Of a stretch of DNA of 64,000 nucleotides, positions 51,221 to 64,000 are shown piece by piece (positions within the stretch are counted from its first letter, which is position 1; every line of letters begins with the position of its first letter). The notes below the pieces were generated by a model. It was not told the DNA's origin and ran no database searches. It saw only the letters and a list, made by a program, of their open reading frames with translations. Source of the DNA: Lama guanicoe (lineage: Eukaryota); contig MU054187.1 in NCBI GenBank assembly GCA_013239625.1, forward strand, positions 17,848,711 to 17,912,710. Direction: 5' to 3'. Both the position numbers and the translations under genes were made by a program.

Positions 51221-53829
51221 AGCACAACACACGTACATTCTTTCATAGCATCACTATGTGGTAGGTCAACATCTTCATATTAATGATTGGGTCTTTTCCC
51301 TGTGCATTCAGAATGCTTATCTTATAAGTCCCTGTGACAGTGAGATGCAGTCAGGAGCTGTCTGGGCTCAGTTTTCTCGTCTGTGAAACGGTGATGATGA
51401 CCTTGTCTTGGAGGTCTGATGTGAGCTGGAGCGAGGCAGCACACGTGAAATGCTAGGGAAAAGATATGGCTGCAACAGGCGTGCAACAAAGTCTCACTGA
51501 CAAATCGAAGTAAGTGTGTGAAAGTCATCAGAAAAAGGTCAAACAACCCACGTGAAGACTCAAGGAAATAAAATAAGCATCACGGAAACAAAACACTTGT
51601 CTGTTAAAAGGTCTAGATTCTTTTGATCTTTTGTTTAACAGATTCAAGCTAGAAATTCTTAATCCACACTTTCAAAAGAGATTATTCAGACAGAATTTCT
51701 GAAAAGTTTTATTCCGCTGGTTTTTGTAGCTCTTCCTTGACTTAAACAGAATAAAAATTGCCAATATATTAATAATGAATTTCTACTTATTGGAAAGCCT
51801 TGACGAAATACTGTCAAGGTTTACTTAGATGCCCGCAAAACTGATGGAGATACTTGTGTGTTTCTCTCTCCTTTGTGATACTTAGTGGTGGAGGAATAAC
51901 CAAGCATTCAGGGTTCCCCTTGTGAGGATGATTAGACAAAAAATGAAAAACACACCAAAGTACACTTGGATTACTTACATGGGAAAAAGAGGTAAAATTA
52001 TGTGGTGTGGAGTAGGCACCATCTTAATCTGAATGAACTGGATTTCAGTATCAGATGTTGAGGAATGCACCCTGGGCACCCCCACTTATACATCATGGCA
52101 TATTTAGTAAGCTACTGCGCAAATATTTATTCCTTTCACAGAAGCCTTTAGTCACCCATAGACAATTCCAGATAAAGCCTTGAGGATTGCCTTAGTTCTG
52201 AGGAAAAAGGAGTATTAAGTTCGAACTGGGGGCTTGGTGGATGGTAGGACAGACTGAATTTTGGAATGTAGGTTCTTAGGCCCACATAGGCCCAGTGAGG
52301 TATGGCTGAGTTTTTTTGGAAAGACTCTGAAGTGGGCAACTGGAAGGAAATGAGAAAACACTGATGAAAGGTGAGGTCAGTGGCCAAGAGTCGCATGGAA
52401 AACGGTAGGCTGAGAACTGCTGTGTAGGGAGACGTGTATGTCAGGACAGCCCAGCAGCGCCAGGTGGATCTCATCCTGTCATGGTCTGTAGTTAGGGGCA
52501 CTGATAAGGACAAGACAGCACAAAGAGCTGCTAGAGAAGACAGAGCCTTTCCAGGACAGAACTAGTCCTAGTCACTGAAACTGAGCTACAGGACAGTCGT
52601 CTGATTCTGCAGATTAGGAGAGACCACGAGATTAAGGTTAAACACGTCCCTGCTTAGCTGTAGGTTATGCTTTACAGCCTGGGTTGAGGCTACATTTACA
52701 GACAACAGCTTTACTGTGCAAAGTAATTAATGCCATTTCACCACTATCTTACTGTGAAGACACTTGCATCAGATGATTTTCTATAACACCCTTCGCAAAG
52801 GCCGATGGCACAGGAAACCAAGTGCAGTTCAGTAAGAGTCAAAGCAGGGCCATTCGGTATGTATTGCATTGGATATACTCCACCTACTTTTACCCCAAGG
52901 AGTTTCTGTTTTGTGTTGGTGGTGCCAGGACTTAAGAGGCTGGGCCATACATCTTGCCTTATGAAGAGCAAAGGTTGGATTCAGAAATATACATGAATAT
53001 GGGAAGATGAGGATAGGAAGTAAAATAATTTTTACTACCTGAATCAGGAGGTGAATGATGGAGGTGAAGCAGACGTGTGGCGTTACACTTGAATTGTTTT
53101 TCTCCTTTTCAAGCATACAGTTTTGGGTTCTATCAGTAGAATTAGAGGACCACGGCATTAGCTCTTGGCATGGACAGTTCAAATCAAGCAGTGTTGACGG
53201 CGTGGCGGCTGGCTCCTGACATCGGTGGACCCCAGTGTTGCCATGCCTTCTCTCTGGTGTGGGCCACTGGGCAGACGGTGAGTCATATCCTGTCAGGGCT
53301 GGCTTCTTTTATAGGCAAAGACAACAGGGCAGAATTGGCAGAGAGGCAGAGGCCCTACATGACTGATGCAGGGATCTGATAACCTCACTTTTTCCCCAAG
53401 GACAACTGGATCTCTGACCTAATATTTTTAAAAGATCAAAGTAAAAAGCCATCAGGACATAAGAATTAACCCTCTGCCACTAAATGCCTGCAGAAAAATG
53501 GAGGAATAGATTTGCTGAGGGAAAATGTTGCCGCTGAAAAATCCTGTGCTCAGCCAGATCATCGGTCACGTGCTTTGGCAACCAAAAGTTCTTTTCTCGT
53601 ATGCAAGCTCTCAGAATACATGCTGCCAACATTCACTTCTGAAAAAAAAAAAAAAAGAAATTCACCAGTTGAACAAGAGTTTAATTAAAATAGAGATCAC
53701 AAAAATGAGGAAGTTGCGGTATAAAAGGTCAGCCAGTAAGCATCAAAACTATTTGAACATTGTTTCATTTAATCAACAGCTGTAAGAATTCATGTGTGTA
53801 TAAAAAGTAAATTAAGGACATGCGTTAAT

Positions 53830-55700
53830 TTCAAACTGGACCTAAGAATCCAGATTTTCTTTTATTAAAACTAGGCAGTGGGGTGTGGTTGATGGCAGGA
53901 GGAGAGGAAGTAGAGCTAAGTTTCTCATCTTTCATAGGAGGAAGGAAGTCAATGGATGACCTTTCTGCACTGATGTAGAAAAATTTAAATGTATGTATTA
54001 TAGTACACTTTTAAATGTTAATTTTTAAATAATTGGTAGAAATATAAAAACAAGGGTGGCTTCTAAATCACTACAGAAACTAAGCAAACAAAATATCTGT
54101 ATAGAGAAAGACAAGTGGAAAAGAAACAGAAAGAAAGGAGGAAATAAACAGAGTATGAAACACGGTGATGCTCATATGACTGAATATTTCATATACAACC
54201 ATAAACGAAAAAAATAAAAAGGTTAAACTCACTATTAAAACACAAAGATGAAAAGTTGGCCACTCCAAAATATCTAAATATGCACCATACACAAGAGATA
54301 ACCCCAAACAAAATAGCAGAAAAAGTAAACAACAGAAGAATGGACAAAGGTATATTTAGCAAACAAAATCTATTATTTGTTAGGAGTGAGACTATGAATA
54401 TCCACTGAGATATAATTCCAAGACAAAACCAGTAGATAAAAGAAAGATAAAAGCTACTGTCCACACTGAAGATATAACAGAATCAAAATCTAAGCAGCAA
54501 ATAACATGGTATTAACATATAAAGAGCAGAAACTTTTAGAGAAAACAGGAAGAGCGTGAAACAGTGCCATAGTTTTGGGATATGTTACGACCGCTTTCAA
54601 GTTTTGACAAGTGATAAGACACAAAATAAGGACAGAACACCCTAAATAGTAGGTTTAATTATTAGACTGGTCATTGGCATTTCTTCCTTTAAAATATTTC
54701 ATCCTTTTCATTTTCCTTAAAGCATTTATCAAATTAATGATACACTAGACCACACAAGAAATCCCCATAAATTCCCCAAATGGGTCATATTTTAGAATAA
54801 CCCTTCAATAAATCTCAAAAGTAAACAACCATACTCACAACTATGTGGACATTAAAAACTATCCTTTAAAGAACTCTTGTATCAAAGATGAAGTTAAAAA
54901 TGAAAATTTCAGGACTTATATTTGTGGCAATAATGCAGAATACATACCCTGAAAAGCTTCACTGTAATGTAGATTTCTATGTGGATGAAATAGAACAAAT
55001 TATATTTAATGTGTTTGCGCTAATGAAAGGGAATCCCTAGAGGTGGGGGGAAAAGGGAAGAAAAAAAGAGTTAGAATACTGATTGGGAAATAAAATTGAA
55101 ATCCCTAACTTCCATGCAGAAGAGTTTCAGAAAACCAAGAAGCTCTCCCAGGAGACCAGGCGTTAGACCTAGGCAAGCAGAAGGAGCTTGGAAGTAAAGC
55201 TCATAAACAAAGCTGAGAATCAGAAGGGCTCAAGCATTACTAGCAAAGGGGCAGATGGAAAAAAAATTAAGCAAACAAAAAACAACCAACAAGAAATATT
55301 TCTGTGAACAAAGCAGAGGACAAAGAAGCTTATTTGTTCTGGCAGCTACCTTCAGTGGGCAAACAATGAGCAGAAAGGTCTCCACTGAGAATGTGTAACC
55401 ACACTGGTTTTGGATCTCAAATTGACACTACTCCTGTGCTTTAGGCAACCACAAGCTTAGAGCTGAACTTCAGTTGATTCAAAAGCAAACAAACCATAAC
55501 ATGCACAGCAAAAAACAAATAAAATGAAAACAGGGGAAAAGGGCAAAGTAAACAGCATGAAATAAGACGTTGCATATATGTTGTAAGAAAAATAAACGTC
55601 CCCCAAAGAGGTAGACCTTATCCCAGGCTAGGAGAAACTTCTGCAGAAAAGGTCTACCAAATATTAACTCACAATTAAAAATAAAGCACACATAGAAATT
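53830..55700 (+). mobile_element. Very old L1 remnants (A-rich sense orientation)
   Basis: Degenerate endonuclease-region motifs (catacacaagagataacccc; tagaccacac) followed by a 5'-end-like segment. Confidence 0.55.
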
Positions 55701-55872
55701 AGTGTTTTGAAGTCTCTTGTTATTTGAAAAGAGAATAGAGAGAGAATATCTTAACTTCTAAGTTCACCATTAAAATTTTCAGGATGGCCATTGGGAAAAT
55801 AGAAGCAAGGTGCATACATTCTGAAAGAATAGAGGAGATAAATGAAATAAATTAAAAAAAATTAAGGCTGCT

Positions 55873-56205
55873 TGTGTCTACGTTGCCTGAATATCAAGAA
55901 GTGTCTGGGAAATTATATTTCCTGGGTGTGTCCGTTTACCATTCACTGACAACGCGTGGGCATAAGGAAGCCCTGGTTTCCTTGCTGTGGGTCTTAGCTT
56001 ACACATCACAGTTCCCTGTGGGATCAGATGGAAGGTACATTATGCGGGACTTAACCTGAGATTGCATCCTTGCTGGGCCTTTACCCCTTCCCCATCCTGC
56101 TTCCCAACTCCCTTGCTAATTTTCCATGGGAACAATTTCTTAATCTATTACTTGCGTATGCATCCTTGTCTCTGCGTCTGCTTTTGAGGGAACCAACCTA
56201 AGACA
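55873..56205 (+). mobile_element. ERVL LTR (LTR16-like)
   Basis: Ends tgtctctgcgtctgcttttgagggaaccaacctaagaca. Confidence 0.65.
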
Positions 56206-56679
56206 TTAGCAATTACCTGTTGGAAAATACGATGGAAAAATAATCTCTTTCATAAAAAAACCACAGCAAGGATGTAAAATGTCTATAAATAACAATATGA
56301 ATTAAACTATAAAATGTTAGTGAGCAACATTTAAAAGAAGGTTTGAAAATGGAAAGACAACTGTGGACCTATGTAGGAAGATTAAATATCATATAAACAT
56401 TTTCCCCTAAATCTGTGTAAAAAAATTAAAGCCCCTCCAAAGTTATTCTAAAATAATACAGAAGAATTTACACATAATAATTCTATTTACCATACTGAGA
56501 TTACCATGTCAAAATTTATACTGAAATGGTTACATTAAATTTATTTCTAGTAAATCTTGTGGTATTTTGAAAATACACTTGGCATGGCAAAAGGTGCTAT
56601 TTACAAAGGGAAAAGTAAAATAACTTCAGAGAAAATGTCTTACCAAAAAAAAAAATCAAGAGAAGATGTTCTCTAGTTA

Positions 56680-56925
56680 TTAATAATAATAATAGCAAAT
56701 ACTTGCTTAGCCTGTCATATATGCATATCTGTGGTATATATCACTTATAATCATTTAATCCTTACAATCTCTCAGTAAGTTTTGTGCAGATTGAAAGAAA
56801 TGGAAATCTATGCATAGATGAGTTAAATAACTTGTTAAAGGTATTACAAGTAGAAATTGGTAGGGTTGGAATTTAAACTCAGGTGTTTTTGATTCAGATT
56901 CCATGTTCTTAATCAGTTTGCCTTG
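56680..56925. mobile_element. MIR SINE
   Basis: tcatttaatccttacaa...gttaaataacttg...ggaatttaaactcagg. Confidence 0.7.
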
Positions 56926-58759
56926 CATGCATAAATGCTAACAATCTGTTACCGAGGGCAATATAAAAAAATAGGACCCATCACAAACAGATCATTCTAT
57001 TGTATGGAAGATGCATATCGCTACCAAAAGAGGTGTTTTGAAATGATTTTGAGCAATGATGATTATGGAGAATATTGTATATCTGCTCAGAGTAATTATC
57101 CTGAGGACCAGCACCCAATGGATGTAGAAACAAGACTCAATTGGATTATCGCTCTTTGGTTTATTAAAGCCATCTGTCTCATGTGCCAGTTATCTCTGTA
57201 TTTTCAACAGCCTCAGTCCTCAAAATGCATTTAAAAATTGACATGACAGTTATTCTTTGCTCTTCTTCATCTTCTACTTTATCATCTACAGTATTTACTA
57301 GCATTGAACAGAGATTTATCGATCTACTCAGACTTAGGGCAATGATTGTAGACGTCTTGATGAAAAATCTCTATGCTAGTTTCATCCAGATACAGACACA
57401 GGATCACCAGAAAATACTTCCATCTGTTCTGTCATGCTGTAAGACTCACTGTGACTGTGGGTAGTTGAGTGACCTACAGGACGATCATGGACATTTGCCC
57501 TCTACCTAACATTTAGACCATCAACTGACAAAATGAAACAGGTGTTACTCTCAAGGTGAGGTTAGATTTAGTTATAAAAATTTAACTCCTTTTTTTTGGA
57601 TAACCTTTTCAATCACATCTCCCAAAAGGCAGCACTGAAAAAAGCTTACTCTTATTCAAGAGACAGTCACTATGATTCGAGTCCTATATTATTTTTAAAA
57701 AGTATTTTGGTATCAAAAATTACTTATATTTCTTGGTCATTATTTTTTAATATCCATTTTGTCCTAAATATTAAAAATTCAATAATCTTTAATTGTATGA
57801 TTTTTTGAAAATATGGAAATATTAACAATTTTAGTTATAGCAATTGACTATAAATATTATACTTATTAACATGTATATTGTTCCTTATGTGTGGTATTAC
57901 AGTCATTTAAATTTATTGAGAGCAGATGTTTTTCAATATCGTTTTTAACTCTGTATCATTAATAAAAAATCAATTGGTAGTTAATAGCTAATTATTCTAT
58001 CTTTTCTGAAGATGATACTGTTATAATTTGTGAATAGGAAGACCAGAGACTAAGTTTCCTATATCTGTTCTCTTATTCTGGTCACCTTACTCTTAAAGTG
58101 AATTTTAGATTCACTAAAAAGTGAGAAGAGACAGGGTTAAATACAGCAACAAAAAAAAATGTTTTTCATTTGGTACGGTGAGAGGATTACCAATGAGGGT
58201 GATGATTGTGTATCTCTATGGATGAAAAATGGCCGAGTGGTGAGGAGTGAACGTTCTGGCAGGAAGCAGACACATAATTCACAAGCCAGACAGTGAGAGA
58301 GAAGCCTCAGAGTGAAAATAGGTGTGGACGTATGTGCTGGTGGCAGAGAGCACTAGGGGAGGCTGCTGCTCCTGCGGGAAGGGCAGCGGCATGGAGGCTC
58401 TGAGCACTGTTTCATCTGCAGATACTGAAGGGCAACCTACAATGTGAAAGAATGTTGGGTTATAGAAAAGCGATGGAATTGTTTCCAGAAAGAATAATGA
58501 AGAGAGGCAGCTTTAGCTTCAGTTTCTCCTCATGCATCCTTAACAAAATTTGGACTTAGTTTGTACTCTGAGAGCTTATCTAATCCGCGTGCGTATGCGC
58601 AGCATCATACCTATAAGGAAACTGAGGCCCAGAGAAGCTGTGTGGCTTTCCAAGGTCCTGAAGCTGGATGATGGCAAAGCTGAGACTAATGCCAGCACTG
58701 TTCAGATGTCAGATTATGTACAAATGTTTGTACTTTGAATACTAATCTTCCACATTTGC

Positions 58760-59404
58760 TTTGTTTAATTGACATATAGTTGATTTACCATGTTGTGTTA
58801 GTTTCAGGTATACAGCAGAGTGATTCAGTCATACATATAGATATCTGTTCTTCTTCAAATTCTTTTCCATTATAGGTTATTACAAGATATTGAATATAAT
58901 CCCCTGTTCTATACAGTAGGCCCTTGTTCTTTATCCATTCTGTATATAGTAGTTTGTATCTGCTAACCCCAAATTCCCAGTTTATCCTTCCCTCCTCCAC
59001 TTTCCCCTTTGGTAAGCATAAGTTTGTTTTATGTCTGTGAGTCTGTTTCTGTTTTGTACATAAGTTCATTTATATAATTTGTTTAGATTCCACATATAAT
59101 TGATATTATGATTGTCTTTCTCTGTCAGACTTACTACCCTTAGTGTGACAATCTCTAAATCCATCCATGTTGCTGCAAATGACAAAATTTCATTCTTTTT
59201 TATGACTAACTAATATTCCATTATATTATAATATATAAGTAATATTCCATTATATATATGTATATATGTATACACACACACACAATCGTATTTTCTTTAT
59301 CCATTCATCTGTCGATGGACATTTAAGTTGCTTCCATGTCTTGCCTATTGCAAATAGTGCTGCTATGAACATTGGGGTACATGTATCTTTCCAAATTACA
59401 GTTT
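58760..59404 (-). mobile_element. L1 3' end
   Basis: Same family as 6975-8072 and 44542-45283 (atatagttgatttaccatgttgtgttagtttcagg...). Confidence 0.88.
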
Positions 59405-60781
59405 ATTAATTGAGCAAAATATGTTAATAATGATGAATATCTTTATCTTATTTTTGTGGGGAACAATTTCTTGAAGGCTATACCGAAACACTTAGGACAT
59501 ACAGGCGATGTAAAGAGGAATAAAATGATCTCATTAATGGAATCTTGTTTTAATTCTAAAATTTCAAACATTTATATTAAACAAGGATCTTATTCTTCCT
59601 GAATGAAATGTGCATGTGGGGTTGTAGGTAGAGATGGGATCAGGGCCTGGATGTGGTGTAGAGAAGGCTACACCAGGTGGGGCGTAATCAGCATCTCAGA
59701 GGAGCCAGTCATCCTGCAGATGATCCTGATTTGCTCCAGGGCCCTTATTTTCAGCAGGAATGTGTCATGAAGTTGCATCTTTAGTTGGTTATTCCTTTTT
59801 GAATTAAAAAAAAATCACCGGGCATGAATTAGGAGGCCTGAACTGCCTTTGACCATCTAAATGTACTTACTGGGCTGTAGATTCGTTGTCTGCAAAATAA
59901 GGGGTCTAAAGTATAATATTTTATATTTCTACTGATTTGGGGAAGCACACTCTGTAAGTCAATTTCTTACCAGTGATGTCACCCTGCACCACTCCAGGTG
60001 GCCCTCCCCATGCAGAGTACATGGCAGCCCAGATCTGATGAGTTAGTACTGTAATTAATCCTATCTTGTTCTCGTGGCAATTAATTAGTATCATGGCCAG
60101 ATTTTACTAACCATACCGAGTTTAATTTACAGACACATAAATCACAGACAAATTCCTTTGGCATTTCAATATAAGAGACACTCAGCTTTCTCAATGGATC
60201 TTTTGATATCATTTCCATTTTGAAAAATGAATTAGCTGGAAATCGAAATTAAAGAAAAACGTGAAATGAGGAAGATAATGTTATAACAATAGTCCATTTT
60301 CTAGACTAGGAAATATTTGCTCTTTTTTTTTTTTTTTGGTCAAGTCTTTTCTGAAGGTGAACAATAAAGAGCAAATACAGAACTAAGTAAAAAGTTATTC
60401 CTTCAGATCTTCTCATGGCAGGGGCCGTCTTCTTAGTTCATTCCTGGACCAACCTGTAGCAGCCAGCAGTTACTTCTAATCCGGTGACTCTAGCTTAATT
60501 CTCCTCATAGGATTTATCACAGTTCTATGCTTTTTGGTTGTTCATTCATGTATTATCTGTAGCACCACGAAAACAAGCTTCATGGTTTTGAGGATGCTGC
60601 TTATCTTGTTCATCACTGTATCCTCAATGTTTAGAGAAGCTCCTGGAACATAGCAGATAGGCAGTTGGTATTTGTTAAAGAAAGAAAGGAGAACAGTCTC
60701 CTGCCTGTCTCCCGAGAAGTCGTAGAGTGTGGTGGATAATGTCAGCTTCACCAGAAACCAACAACCCAGTTTCCAACCCAA

Positions 60782-60918
60782 ACGGGATCAACTACATAAT
60801 TTACCAGGCCCCATACAAAATGCTAATGCAGGTCTCCTTAGTAAACATTTATTAAGGATTTTGAGATAGTGACAGTAGAGCAATAAATCAAGTGTGGGCC
60901 CTTGTAAATATAGGGTCC
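60782..60918 (-). mobile_element. MER45A-like fragment
   Basis: Reverse-complement similarity to 22318-22492 (ctacataatt...ggcccc...caaaatg...ttattaag...gacagtagagca). Confidence 0.65.
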
Positions 60919-63900
60919 TTCTATTTCCTTATTTAAAGGAATTTGTGACAATTAAGTGACCTAATATACGTAAAACTCTTAGAACACTGTGCATGATGAG
61001 TACTATATAAATGTTAGTTCTTGCTATAATAACTACATTATTTGATGACATATCAAATGCATACATATATATTTGATCACATCTCTCAATAATTACTGTT
61101 TTGTTTTATTAATAGCCCTGTGCTAGTGGGTTTTGTTCTGTTTTTGTTTTAGCCTCATTCCAACTATAAAGCTATATGAAGGACAGTTAAATCAATGTAC
61201 TCGAGTGGATATCACTTGCTAACTTTTCTAAAGGAAGATGACCGAGCTCTTCACATGTAAATAATACAAGTGCATAAGAGTCATTTTGCCTTATTTTTGA
61301 AGCCAGTACTGTGCTCTGCATATTGCAAAGCTGCTTCAAGGATGTTATCTTTTTCCAAAAGCACATGACTTGAGAGGCCTGCCTCCTGCACTGTATTCTT
61401 CCTTCTGCTTTGAATGATTAAAAATAGTTTGGGTTACTTTTATGAAAAAAATTTAATTCTATAATGTAATAACAATAACAACATGATTATTATTATCATA
61501 TTCTTTTCTGCTCTATTCCTAGAGCACCTACTAAACAGCAAGGGCTTAATTAACCACATTGAATAAGAAGAAGGAAGAAAGAAGGAAAATCCATGTTGTC
61601 AAATTGAGATGCTCTGCACCTCTAAGACATGGCAGCCAGAGGCATAATGAAGCCTGCAGGGAGTTTTTTCCTTTAAAAAGTTACCTATCTTTATTGAATT
61701 GCCAGTAGATACCAATGTAATCTACATCTTTATCTCAAGGCATCATAAAAACAGGAAAGGAATTAATTGAAGATGATTAAATCCATAATTTTGGAATAAA
61801 ATTTTATTTACCGTATGCAACCAACCTTAGTATGAGAACGCATACATAGGCACATTATTTACAATGACATTAGATGCTATGTGATAAGTTTCTGGTGTTA
61901 ATTTCTAATCACTTCCTAGCACAGAATGGATGATCTATTCTGTCCAATGAAAATAAGAGAAATATCTGTCTTTATCTGGACTCTTCCTGCCATTTCTCTC
62001 ATTATCTGGCCCTTTCCATGTTCCAAACCTCTCTCTCAGAATAGGTGTTCTCTTGAATAAGGGGCCTTCATTGTTACAAATTGCTCTTATTGCCCTGAAG
62101 ACATAATGCTTGAGTGGTAGAGTGTGTCTTGCTAGGTAACTAGTGAAAAGTCCCCTTGGTATCTGATTCTAGCTTAAAATATCACATCCATCTTAAAGTT
62201 CTCTTATTCTGGCAACCAAAAATGAGCTTTGAATCTTTGAATCTTGCTGAAGTGTGTTGCAGCCACCAGTGATCCAGCCTCTTACAATATATGCGGTATT
62301 CATGATGTGCCCCATTCACAATTGAGCACAAAAGGGGAAATAAGATTCAGGCTCACCCCTATACTTAAAGTTGAAATCCAGCAAGGGTTGCTTCCTGAAG
62401 GTTTTTTTCATCTTGTGCATCCAAGTCCATCTGGACTAAAAGATAAAGCTTTATATAGATCATGTAAATGGCACATGCAGTTTACGGTCTAGAATTGTCA
62501 TTAAAAGGCTTTTAACAAGTCAGAGATGTTTAGTGTCACCCAAAGGTTGTCAGTACCCTGTAGCTTCCTCTGGAATTAAATCACAATCTGAGAGCTTCAA
62601 TAAGCCAGTGTTAAATTAGTACCTTTGTTTGTTTTTCCTTAGTCTTGTCAAAAGGAAGATTAATGTGCAGTTTTCTTCCCGCCCTCAGTACAGCTTTTCT
62701 TAAAGGAATGTGGTGTCTAAATCAAAATTCCATTAAATGCAAAGAAATGCGCTAAGTGTGATCATCTTTTCACCTCTCCTCCAGTTTTCCTCCCTCTTAA
62801 TTTTTTTTCTTCCAAGTAAGCAACCATTTACTCCTGTTTAACCCTCCCTCCGCACATCCAATCCTGTGATGCTGAATACTATAATCCTGAGTCTTACTGC
62901 AAAGGTGGAGGAAAAAAGGTTCTGCAAAATTACAAGCTAAGGGAAAACACCTGTAGGGTCATTTTACAAATGGAATCACTAAAAAGCAGTACTTCTTGCT
63001 GGGTAATAGCACAGAACCTTTAAATCACAGAAATTAGAGACAGGAGACCCGCCAGGTCACCTTGTCCACCCCCTCTAGCAGCTTTATGCATGTCATGTGA
63101 AGTGACATGAGCAGTGAAGCATCTGCAGGAGCCCTGGGGAGACTCTACTTACTCTCCAGTAATACGTCTTCCTGTTGAGAAAATGTCGCTGAGAGCTGTC
63201 CAACTTTTCTTTTGCCTAATTGCACGTTGTTCTGCTCTGCTATATCCTTTGAAAGTGCAGCCACACTTTTCTTTGTTCCCCCATCTTTAAAACCTACAAC
63301 CTTGAAATACTACAACATTATTACTGTCTTCCTTTGTAATTATTTGAGCCAAGCTATACAAATTTGCCTCTTAAAATACTACCTTATAAATCAGTCCCTG
63401 TTGCTAAATCCACTTACATCCATTGCTTTTCTAAAGGGTTATTCACTACTCTCCCATTCATGCTCATTCAGGAACTTTGCTTCTTATAATTTTAGTATGT
63501 ATGTGTTTACAGAATAGACTTTTGCTCAAGTTTTATGGAAAACAAAGGCAGTGCTCAAGCCAGTGTCTGGACGTCACAGTTTCACCAAGATTCAGAGAAA
63601 TTTGCTGTCAGCTCCTAAAGCCATGATTTATTTTTCTACAAGACATTATTACATTCAATATCCCACAAATATAAATACTTTCTGGAGTATCAGGCTGTCC
63701 AACTATATATATGAATAAATATACTGTCATTTACTACTTCTTGATCTGGGCAAAACCTGAGGCTAGCTACGTGACTGACTCTCGTATAAGTTATTCCATC
63801 TACAAGTATTTTAAAGTGCTGTACATTGCACTACTTCTATGAGCTAAAGCTCCACATTTTGCAGTTACAAAACTCCTACTTCTGCTAGTTTGGAAACGGA

Positions 63901-64000
63901 GAGAGAAAAATCTCCACTTAAGGTGTTGGGGTGGGCTGACCCTCAGCTGAATCTTAAAGATCCAAGTTTCATTCCAAGATACTCAGGCTTAGAAGTGGAG

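Noticed and set aside
1625..59255. Small local tandem duplications (near 1625-1655, 7320-7352, 8310-8365 and 59211-59255)
   Set aside because: Ordinary slippage inside L1 fossils; not regularly spaced arrays.
50360..60005. Other CTCF-like strings (near 50361, 58350 and 59991)
   Set aside because: Each has three or more mismatches to the core consensus.
1..64000. CRISPR array, operon, prophage or other prokaryote-type system
   Set aside because: No repeat-spacer arrays or dense ORFs; the window is typical repeat-rich mammalian DNA throughout.

Overview
Mammalian genomic DNA, most likely a camelid (camel, alpaca or llama). This rests on three tRNA-Ala-derived vic-1-like SINEs, an artiodactyl-type IL-7 sequence, and no ruminant, pig or primate SINEs that I could see. 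The only protein-coding gene I can support is interleukin-7 (IL7) on the minus strand. Coding exon 1 (19126-19135, ATG TTC CAT G) lies in a CpG island (about 18100-19780). Exon 2 (13604-13737) encodes the rest of the signal peptide and the N-terminus of mature IL-7. Positions 1-13603 are intron 2; later exons lie beyond the left edge. The promoter/5' leader has an IRF element about 260 bp upstream of the ATG and five upstream ATGs. The roughly 44 kb to the right is upstream intergenic DNA rich in L1, L2, MIR, MaLR/ERVL LTRs and MER DNA transposons. It contains several well-formed plus-strand splice-site pairs that may belong to a divergent or antisense IL7 lncRNA. I found no prokaryotic, CRISPR or intact autonomous-element system and claim no new biological system. 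The best leads are the uORF architecture, the candidate antisense exon chain, a second intronic IRF site and an unidentified mRNA-3'-end-like insert in intron 2. Repeat family names come from recalled consensus motifs, and repeat boundaries are approximate.
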